DNA of 64,000 bases from an uncultured Gammaproteobacteria bacterium. Lineage in GTDB: Bacteria; Patescibacteriota; Patescibacteriia; UBA9934. Under the pieces are notes generated by a model, which saw nothing but the letters and a program-made list of their open reading frames with translations, searched no databases and was not told the origin of the DNA. This document shows positions 1-7,395 of this stretch, piece by piece. The position numbers and the translations under genes were made by a program. Location of the stretch: NCBI GenBank assembly GCA_964452565.1, contig CAYVLY010000001.1, positions 78,638 through 142,637 on the forward strand, read 5' to 3'. The stretch's first letter is position 1. Each line of letters opens with the position of its first letter.

Positions 1-458
1 GATTATTGTGCAACATGATGCTACGAGCAAATGATAACTTATGGGTCCAGCATCTTGATACAATGACTTATCTGCGACGATCGATTGGTCTTCAAGGCTA
101 TGGGCAGCGCGATCCGTTGGTTGAATATAAGCGTGAGGCATTTGGCATGTTCCAAGATTTTCAGGCAGAAGTTGCGCGTGAGGTTGTTTACAATATCTTC
201 AAAGTTCTTGAGCAATCATTGGCAGTAGAAAAGATGATCCAAGCAGCACCTAGCATTCTTGAAAAGGCTGGATTAGTATTCTCAGGAGCGCAAAAGACAA
301 TGGTTAAGAAGACAGTCGAATCGCTTTTAAAAGGCGCAGCCAAAAGTGCAAAACGCAAGTTCCCTAAAGTCGGCCGGAACGATGCGTGTCCATGCGGAGC
401 GGTCAAACCAGATGGAAAGCCGAAAAAATATAAGAACTGTCATGGAAAGAATAATTAA
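1..458 (+). CDS. secA: Preprotein translocase SecA, C-terminal part (5' truncated)
   Basis: W..HL..M..LR..IGL.GYGQRDPLVEYKREAF motif and terminal SEC-C motif GRNDACPCG...KKYKNCHG. Confidence 0.95.
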   Translation, partial: LLCNMMLRANDNLWVQHLDTMTYLRRSIGLQGYGQRDPLVEYKREAFGMFQDFQAEVAREVVYNIFKVLEQSLAVEKMIQAAPSILEKAGLVFSGAQKTMVKKTVESLLKGAAKSAKRKFPKVGRNDACPCGAVKPDGKPKKYKNCHGKNN

Positions 459-479
459 GAAAAATTTCTCACGAGCGAA

Positions 480-510
480 GTCCTTCCGAAGCCCGCAGGG
501 CGAAGGAGGA
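480..510. repeat. Small palindromic repeat GTCCTTCCGAAGCCCGCAGGGCGAAGGAGG
   Basis: 29/30 identical to 24180-24209; related modules at 35797-35832 and inside 30147-30269. Confidence 0.75.
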
Positions 511-559
511 TGGATCGGGGAAGAAGTATAAGAAATGCCACGGAGCCTAATTGAAATAT

Positions 560-1102
560 ATGCCCGTAACAATAGTTTTTGAGTCGCATTCGACGACATT
601 TGATAATGAAGCCCACAAAGCCTCGGGTTGGAATGATGTTGACCTGTCACCTCTTGGTGAAACTCAGGCTAAGGAGCGTGGTGAGTGCCGGCGTGATGAT
701 GGCATCGATACAGTATTCTGTTCAGATCTAGTTCGATCATATCGAACAGCGCGGATTGCTTTTGAAGGAACCGATATGCCGATTTTTATGGACTGGCGCC
801 TGCGAGAGTGTGATTATGGAGAGATGACACAGAGTGATTCGGACATTGTTGACCCAGAAAAACCAAATCGGATCAAAGAACCTTTTCCAGGTGGAGAGAG
901 TTATGAGCAGTCAAATGAACGAATGAAAAGCTTCTTGCAAGATCTTCTTAAGTTCTATGACAACAAGCGTGTGATGATCGTAGGTCACCGGGCAACACAG
1001 TATGCACTCGAGAGTTTGATTCTTGGAAAACCACTTGAGGAAGTTGTTCCAGCTCCATGGTCCTGGCAGCCGGGTTGGGAGTATGAGTTGAAAAAACTAT
1101 AA
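560..1102 (+). CDS. Histidine phosphatase (phosphoglycerate mutase-like) family protein
   Basis: ESHSTT in place of RHG, D..LS..G, SDL.RS..TA, LRE..YG, GGES, IVGH; ATG at 560. Confidence 0.85.
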   Translation: MPVTIVFESHSTTFDNEAHKASGWNDVDLSPLGETQAKERGECRRDDGIDTVFCSDLVRSYRTARIAFEGTDMPIFMDWRLRECDYGEMTQSDSDIVDPEKPNRIKEPFPGGESYEQSNERMKSFLQDLLKFYDNKRVMIVGHRATQYALESLILGKPLEEVVPAPWSWQPGWEYELKKL

Positions 1103-1228
1103 GTTTTCTAGTCAGTTCAGTAAATTAAACAAAAAGCCCCTGAAGAGGTCTTTTTTGCATGTCCTGTATAATCTGACCAAGGCGTCGGGAAATCTGGAAC
1201 ATATAAAAATCAGCTTCAAAGTCACGTC

Positions 1229-1309
1229 AAACCCCGCGCCGCTGGTGCGGGGTTCACTGCGTCTAAGGCTAAGTTTATGCTTGACAAAATGGCATAAATA
1301 GAGTAGCTT
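1229..1309 (+). repeat. Hairpin plus sigma70 promoter junction unit, copy 1
   Basis: AAACCCCGCGCCGCTGGTGCGGGGTTCACTGCGTCTAA (1229-1266), 14 nt, then TTGACA-N17-TAGCTT. Confidence 0.8.
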
Positions 1310-1372
1310 TCAGGGTCGTATCCACGGCAAAATCCGTCAAATAGTCCAATAGGGCTGAAAGAGAGAGGAACG

Positions 1373-2092
1373 ATGAAAGACAGACACTGGCAGTCACAGA
1401 TGGTCCTGCTCGGAGCATCAATACAGGGTCAGCAGGTCGCAGATGAGTTGCTCGCTGTTGAGTGGAACTCGCTGACAGCGGACCAGATCCTTGACGACTA
1501 CAGGCCGCTTTGCTGGTCTGCGATCGGCTCGAGCCTCGCACTTGGCGCTGAGGATCTCGAGGGCCTGCAGCAGCAGGTCGTCAGCCTCGCGATCGAGCGG
1601 ATTCAGAACGGTGATATCCAGCCGGTCCAGGTGCTGATCGAGATGGCTGGTGATTCCTGGATCGACGAGGTGGCAGTCGCTGCCCTCGAACAGATCAAGG
1701 GTCAGATCACCGACTCCGCGGCGGTGGTGCAGTTCTGTGCCCTGGTCGATCATCTGGCCGGATTCTCCTTGTCGGGTCTCCGAGACGGCGAGACACAGCA
1801 GGTGCTCCAGCAGATCGTCAACGATCACATGCTGTGCGGTGAGCCCTTCGAAATCGAGCTGGACCACGCCAAGGCTATCGTGCTCGACGTTGGTGGTGAT
1901 CCGGGTCTGGCAATGCTCAGGCTCATGACCGCCGCAATGCCACTGCGTGCGATGCACGAGCTGTGGGGCTACATGTGCTATCATGCCGAGTCTCCGATCA
2001 CCATGGAGAGCCGAGAGACGGCACAGGCAGCCGTCGACATGCTCAACGCCGCCTACGATCGAGAGCTCTTCAGCAACCCCTGGAACGACTAG
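1373..2092 (+). CDS. Hypothetical protein (GC-rich orphan with own promoter and SD)
   Basis: 239 aa; a sampled 60-nt line is 62% GC versus 43% in lepA; GAGAGGA before ATG. Confidence 0.7.
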   Translation: MKDRHWQSQMVLLGASIQGQQVADELLAVEWNSLTADQILDDYRPLCWSAIGSSLALGAEDLEGLQQQVVSLAIERIQNGDIQPVQVLIEMAGDSWIDEVAVAALEQIKGQITDSAAVVQFCALVDHLAGFSLSGLRDGETQQVLQQIVNDHMLCGEPFEIELDHAKAIVLDVGGDPGLAMLRLMTAAMPLRAMHELWGYMCYHAESPITMESRETAQAAVDMLNAAYDRELFSNPWND

Positions 2093-2196
2093 CTGTCCCT
2101 GCGTGGTGTGTGGCTACTGCTGGTTCACTCACATTGCTTACTTCTATAGCTCGAGCCCAATCGAGAAATACAAGATAAGTAATGCGACTACTCAAT

Positions 2197-2277
2197 AAAC
2201 CCCGTGCCGCTGGTGCGGGGTTCAGTGCGTCTAATGTCGAGCGTATTCTTGACAAAGGGCTTTTGAAAGGCTATTTT
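2197..2277 (+). repeat. Hairpin plus sigma70 promoter junction unit, copy 2
   Basis: 36/38 identical to 1229-1266, same 14-nt gap, then TTGACA-N17-TATTTT. Confidence 0.8.
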
Positions 2278-2322
2278 CTATTTGCTAACCAAATTTGGTC
2301 CTAGTTGACCAGGGGAGAGACC

Positions 2323-2625
2323 GTGAAACCCATTCTTGCGATGACCATGCAGGAGCTGGAGGCAACTGCTGCAGCCAAAGAGGATAGCGACCGTGCGATG
2401 CAGGCATTCCAGCGTATCGTGGATAGTGCAAATTACACTCAGGTGGCGCAGATTTGGGCGCGTATCTGTACATCTGGTGCTTTCATCATCAAGAGTTCTG
2501 ATACTGCGCTGCAGGCATATCACTACATGCGTGGCGAATTTCCTGAGGGGCAATTCGTGATTCCGGCTATCATTCGCGACACCGTTCAATCTGATGTTGA
2601 ATGTGATGGGCTTGATAGCAACTGA
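2323..2625 (+). CDS. Hypothetical protein (orphan)
   Basis: GGGGAG SD before GTG at 2323; own promoter at 2249; hairpin and T-run downstream. Confidence 0.6.
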   Translation: MKPILAMTMQELEATAAAKEDSDRAMQAFQRIVDSANYTQVAQIWARICTSGAFIIKSSDTALQAYHYMRGEFPEGQFVIPAIIRDTVQSDVECDGLDSN

Positions 2626-2741
2626 CAGTCCGCACAATCCGTAATCGCGGCTTCGGCTGGTTCTACGTGAGCCAGCTGTTTTGTTTCAATATAAAAAAAA
2701 GATGACCACCCTGGGAGTTCCGCAGGGTGGGGCGCGTCGCG

Positions 2742-2912
2742 TTAAAGCGGGATCGTGTTGCACATGGGCGTCGTGCTGATCTGGCTTATGGCGATAAGCA
2801 AGGTGCGATTTGGGTCTGAGGCGTTTTTGAGCTCAATCACATTTCCACCGCCGTTGTGGATACCTATAACTTTACTCGAGTCGAGATGCCGAAGGCACGT
2901 AGCGCTGCGCAC
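2742..2912 (-). CDS. Small hypothetical protein or remnant (56 aa, not in ORF track)
   Basis: GTG..TAA frame VRSATCLRHLDSSKVIGIHNGGGNVIELKNASDPNRTLLIAISQISTTPMCNTIPL; promoter TTGACG-N17-AATAAT (2961-2933); terminator hairpin 2706-2730 plus T-run; no clear SD. Confidence 0.35.
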   Translation of the reverse strand: MRSATCLRHLDSSKVIGIHNGGGNVIELKNASDPNRTLLIAISQISTTPMCNTIPL

Positions 2913-3028
2913 AGCTGCATTTCGATAAAAGTATTATTTCAATATCCATCAGCAGCGTCAACAATTTTATCCACACATGCTTGAAGACCTGCCATACGGC
3001 AGGTCTGCACGATGCAACGCAAGGGCTG

Positions 3029-3283
3029 CTAGTTGGGGTTGTGGACGGCCACGATTGGTTCTTCGAAGACGGTCCTGTCGTACGGGATCATGAGCTTTGT
3101 TCCGCCCTCCTCTGGAGCCAATACGCAGATAGTGGTTGCAGGCCCATCATGGGCGGTCCGCACCTCCACGTTCTGAGCCATACAGTCGACGCACTGCTTC
3201 GGATGACATCGTATTCGGGTGTTCTCGGCACAGCCTCGCAGGAAGGCCGATACAGCATCTTCACCAGTTATCCATCCAGGCAT
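3029..3283 (-). CDS. Hypothetical protein (orphan)
   Basis: GGAGG SD 5 nt before ATG 3283; promoter TTGACC-N17-TAACGT (3346-3318); hairpin 2986-3005 downstream. Confidence 0.6.
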   Translation of the reverse strand: MPGWITGEDAVSAFLRGCAENTRIRCHPKQCVDCMAQNVEVRTAHDGPATTICVLAPEEGGTKLMIPYDRTVFEEPIVAVHNPN

Positions 3284-3411
3284 TATCACCTCCAAGTTAG
3301 TGGCTGGATTCCATACAACGTTATCTTGGTTTTTGCTCGTGGTCAATTCTGAGGTATAATAAACGCGCTTTTATTGACAATTAGTAATAAAAGGAGCAAG
3401 CTTTGCTTCTT

Positions 3412-5268
3412 ATGGAAAATAACGAAAATCAGGAGGTTTCGGCTTTGCCTATTGAGCAAAAGCCAAAATCAAAGCTAATGAGCTTTTTAGGACGCCGACG
3501 ATGGTGGATTGTTGGTGTTGTTATTGTTTTACTCATTGCTGGCGGTGTATTGGCAGGAAGAGGGTCAGATGACATTTTTACTTACGCTGAAGTTCAAAAA
3601 GGTGATTTGATTCAGACAGTTGAAGTTTCAGGTGAACTGGAATCTTTCCAAGAGGCAGATTTAGCGTTTGAGATGAGTGGAACTGTTAGCTATGTGTTTG
3701 TAGAGGCTGGAGATGAAGTTGTTGAAGGGCAGATTATAGCTGTACTTGATAGCGGTGAACTTTTGGCAGATCTTTCTGCTGCCCAACAGGCAGCGTACCT
3801 AGCAGACGCAAACCTTGATCAGTTTTTGGCCGGCGCAACAGATCAAGAGATCGCAGCAGCACAAGCAACGCTTGATAGTGCATTGGCAGATCTTGAATCA
3901 AAAACAGAACTTGCAAGTTTAAATGTCGCCGAGGAGCTAGTGGATTTAAATACTTCTGAAGATGATTTGGAAAATACACTTGCAGATAATGAAGAAGATC
4001 TTGAGCAGGTGTATGAAGATCTTGAAAACTTGTTGTTTGGAGCTGTGATTGATGTGCGAAGTGCTTTAAGTGCAGCGGATGAGATCCTTGGAGTAGAAAA
4101 CACACTTCACAATCAAGATTTCAAAAACGTATTATCAGCAACAGATCCGCAACAGTACACTTGGGCAAAGAATTACTATGACTATGCTGCTGATGCACGA
4201 GACGCAGCTGAAGATCTTGTTTATGCATTAACAGTAGATTCAACAGCAGATGAGATCGGCGTAGCTGCAGATAAAGTCGAAGAAGCGCTTGATTACACAT
4301 CCGAGACCCTGCTTTACACTCGACGTGTACTTGATGCGACCAAGTCAGACAGTTCTGATCTTAGCCTGAGCGACATCTCAACCTACAAATCAACCATCGA
4401 TACAGAACGCGACACCATTCAGACCGAGGAAACAAATATTCTTACTCAACGTCAGTTGGTTGATTCAACAGTGATTAGTGCTGACGATGCAGAGGACGCA
4501 GCATATAGCGCAGTTGATTCAGCTGAGTATGACTATTCGCAGGCTGTTTCAAATGCTGATTCAAGTGTTGCAATGGCACAGGCTACTGTTGATCTAAGAC
4601 AGGCAGAATATGATGCACTTACTGTAGAAAAGCGATCTGTTGATACTGCTTCATACTATGCTCAACTTGGACAGGCGCAGGCGCAGCTTGCTGCTGCAGA
4701 AGCACGTTTTGAAAAATCAGAGATCTCAGCTCCGTTTGATGGGATTGTTACCCACATGGACTTAAGCCTTGGAGAACCTGTCACTCTTGGGACAACAGTA
4801 GCTGGAGTCCAGTCAAGCATTGAGCAGTATCGTGTGCTTGTTGATGTTCCTGAAGCAGACATTGTGAAGCTCACATTGGACGATGAGGCTGTAGTTACAT
4901 TTGATGCTTATGGTGATGACGTTGAGGTGCCAGCACGTGTTGGAAAGATCAATCCAGGTGAAAGCGATATCGAAGGTGTTGTGTACTACGGGGTTGAGGT
5001 ATATATAAGTGACGAAGTTGACCTGACTCTTAAATCAGGAATGTCAGCAGATGTAATTGTCACAACAGAAACCAAGTCAGATGTTCTTTATATTCAGCAG
5101 CGTGCTGTTTATGAGTATGATGATGGAACTCGATATGTACGCGTGCCAAAAGGGGATGAATATGAGGAGCAGGTGATAGTAACAGGGCTCCGTGCAGATG
5201 GTGGATATGTTGAGCTGATCTCTGGTCTTGAAGAAGGGGATGAGGTTATTACCGCAATAAATGATTAG
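3412..5268 (+). CDS. Efflux periplasmic adaptor (MacA/HlyD-like) with long acidic coiled coil
   Basis: N-terminal TM, lipoyl halves V..GD.V..GQ and I.APFDG.V, LK.GM.A, ELISGL.EGDEV. Confidence 0.9.
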   Translation: MENNENQEVSALPIEQKPKSKLMSFLGRRRWWIVGVVIVLLIAGGVLAGRGSDDIFTYAEVQKGDLIQTVEVSGELESFQEADLAFEMSGTVSYVFVEAGDEVVEGQIIAVLDSGELLADLSAAQQAAYLADANLDQFLAGATDQEIAAAQATLDSALADLESKTELASLNVAEELVDLNTSEDDLENTLADNEEDLEQVYEDLENLLFGAVIDVRSALSAADEILGVENTLHNQDFKNVLSATDPQQYTWAKNYYDYAADARDAAEDLVYALTVDSTADEIGVAADKVEEALDYTSETLLYTRRVLDATKSDSSDLSLSDISTYKSTIDTERDTIQTEETNILTQRQLVDSTVISADDAEDAAYSAVDSAEYDYSQAVSNADSSVAMAQATVDLRQAEYDALTVEKRSVDTASYYAQLGQAQAQLAAAEARFEKSEISAPFDGIVTHMDLSLGEPVTLGTTVAGVQSSIEQYRVLVDVPEADIVKLTLDDEAVVTFDAYGDDVEVPARVGKINPGESDIEGVVYYGVEVYISDEVDLTLKSGMSADVIVTTETKSDVLYIQQRAVYEYDDGTRYVRVPKGDEYEEQVIVTGLRADGGYVELISGLEEGDEVITAIND

Positions 5269-5269
5269 T

Positions 5270-5995
5270 ATGTCAGGCAAATCAAAGCCTTTGATCGAGC
5301 TCAAAGATATCTACAAAAATTATGTAAATGACGATGTCGTGACGCGTGTGCTTCGCGGCATCTCTTTGACTATTCAAGAAGGAGAGTTTGTAGCGATCAT
5401 GGGTCCATCTGGCTCTGGAAAGTCAACTTTGATGAACATTTTGGGATTTTTAGATTCTGTTACCTCTGGTGACTATGAGTTTAAGGGTCATAATGTGTCA
5501 GGCCTGAGTGATGATCAAAAGGCGATCATGCGCCGCAAAGAGGTGGGGTTTGTCTTTCAGACGTTTAATCTACTGCCTAGAACATCAGTTTTGGAAAATG
5601 TTACTCTTCCGATGATCTATGAGCGGATTCCTGAAGCAAAGCGTCGTGTAATGGCAAAGAAGGCGCTAAAGACTGTAGGGCTGGAACATCGGCTTGACCA
5701 CCTTTCAAACCAACTCTCTGGAGGTGAGAAGCAGCGCGTAGCTATCGTTCGCGCAGTTGCTAATGATCCAAGCATAGTCTTTGCAGATGAGCCAACAGGA
5801 AACCTTGATACAAAGACAGGCGAGGAGGTTTTAATCATGTTTCAAAAGCTACACAAAAAAGGACGAACGGTCATTATGATTACACACGAGCAAGAGGCTG
5901 CAGAGTTTGCAGAGAGAATCGTATCGATTCGTGATGGAAAGATTGTATCAGACACAACAGGTCATAGCCGACGAACAGGGAGGTTTCATAAATAA
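5270..5995 (+). CDS. ABC transporter ATP-binding protein (MacB/LolD-like)
   Basis: Walker [30 protein letters not shown]. Confidence 0.95.
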   Translation: MSGKSKPLIELKDIYKNYVNDDVVTRVLRGISLTIQEGEFVAIMGPSGSGKSTLMNILGFLDSVTSGDYEFKGHNVSGLSDDQKAIMRRKEVGFVFQTFNLLPRTSVLENVTLPMIYERIPEAKRRVMAKKALKTVGLEHRLDHLSNQLSGGEKQRVAIVRAVANDPSIVFADEPTGNLDTKTGEEVLIMFQKLHKKGRTVIMITHEQEAAEFAERIVSIRDGKIVSDTTGHSRRTGRFHK

Positions 5996-6070
5996 AAGTG
6001 ATTAGAGGTTATAGAAGTGATAAAAAATAATTATCACCTCTAATTACCTCTAATCACCTTTAATCACTTC
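5995..6070. repeat. Inverted arrays of a degenerate 10-mer (TAATCACCTC)
   Basis: Four copies at 6031-6070, three degenerate reverse-complement copies at 5995-6023. Confidence 0.7.
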
Positions 6071-6073
6071 AAA

Positions 6074-7312
6074 ATGCTTTGGAAAGACCTAATCACATCA
6101 TCAACTGTATCGATTCGACGAAATAAATCTCGAAGCGCTTTAACGATACTCGGAATAGTTATCGGAATCGCATCGGTTATTTTGATGTTGTCGATTGGTA
6201 AAAGTGCTGAGGGATTGATCTTGTCGCAGGTTTCAGATCTTGGATCTGATTTAGTTTTTGTAGAAGCAAGTGCCGGTGACCCAACTGAAGGACCGCCTAA
6301 TCCATTCATTGAACAAACAATCACAAGAGATGATGAGCACGCGATTGAGAAAAGCGGATTGTTCAGTGCTGTAAGTTCTATCTTAGCGTCAACTGAAACA
6401 GTCTCTCACGATCAGGAGACCATGTATGCAAGTATAAATGGAACTGATGAGGATTATATTGATATCTTTCCAGCTGATTTGCTCTACGGACGATCATTCA
6501 CATCGTCTGACATTGATAGTTACTCACGAGTTGCTGTATTGGGAGTTGACCTCGCTGAAGATTTATTTGGAGAGCAGGATCCAACTGGCATGAAATTAAA
6601 GATTGGGAACGTTTCCTTCCGCGTTATCGGTGTTTTTGAAGAACAGGGAACTCGATTTTTTCAAGATCTAGATATGCAGATGAGTGTGCCAATCACAACA
6701 ATGCAGCAGGATTTAATGGGCGTTGATCATGTCAGTTACCTAGCGGCAAGGGCACTGCCTGATATTGAGTTGGATTATGCCAAAGATGAAGTAAGGTTCA
6801 TTTTGCGAGATGAGCATGATATTGATAACCCGCAGCGTGACCTGGATTTGGATGACTTTTATGTATCATCACAAAGTGACGCCGAAGAGATTATAGGCAT
6901 TGTAGGAGATGTGCTAACGATATTATTATCATCAATTGCTGCAATCTCATTAGTTGTTGGTGGTATTGGTATCATGAACATTATGCTTGTGTCAGTTACT
7001 GAGCGGACGCGTGAGATTGGTTTGCGAAAGTCTATTGGAGCCACGCGTGGTGAGATTTTGCAACAATTCTTAGCTGAGGCTGTGTTGTTGACTCTGATTG
7101 GTGGAATAGTTGGAGTTTTAATGGGAGTTTTGGCATCTATTGTCATCGCACTTGGTGCAAAGTACTTCCTTGAAGATTGGTCGTTGTACATTCCGCTGAG
7201 CGCGATTGTTGCTGGTGTAGTTGTTGCAACATGCGTTGGAGTTGTATTTGGAGTATATCCAGCTAAACGTGCAGCAAATCTTGATCCAATTGAGGCGTTG
7301 AGGTACGAATAA
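6074..7312 (+). CDS. ABC transporter permease (MacB/FtsX family)
   Basis: RS.LT.LGIVIG, GGIGIMNIMLVSVTERTREIG.RK, PA.RAA.LDPIEALRYE. Confidence 0.95.
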   Translation: MLWKDLITSSTVSIRRNKSRSALTILGIVIGIASVILMLSIGKSAEGLILSQVSDLGSDLVFVEASAGDPTEGPPNPFIEQTITRDDEHAIEKSGLFSAVSSILASTETVSHDQETMYASINGTDEDYIDIFPADLLYGRSFTSSDIDSYSRVAVLGVDLAEDLFGEQDPTGMKLKIGNVSFRVIGVFEEQGTRFFQDLDMQMSVPITTMQQDLMGVDHVSYLAARALPDIELDYAKDEVRFILRDEHDIDNPQRDLDLDDFYVSSQSDAEEIIGIVGDVLTILLSSIAAISLVVGGIGIMNIMLVSVTERTREIGLRKSIGATRGEILQQFLAEAVLLTLIGGIVGVLMGVLASIVIALGAKYFLEDWSLYIPLSAIVAGVVVATCVGVVFGVYPAKRAANLDPIEALRYE

Positions 7313-7395
7313 AATTAAAATACAACTGTGGATAGAATTGCGCGCAAAGTTCGCGTAATTCTTTTATAATGAAAAAAAGTTTTAACAAAATAATT

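Noticed and set aside
1418-1984. 188-aa minus-strand ORF
   Set aside because: Antisense shadow of the GC-rich 1373-2092 gene, which has the promoter and SD.
1229-2277. CRISPR array or classical integron
   Set aside because: Only two repeats about 1 kb apart; no cas or intI; no attC core sites.
2855-2975. Replication origin suggested by DnaA boxes
   Set aside because: Boxes are dispersed singly, there is no dnaA/dnaN, and gene orientation does not switch in the window.
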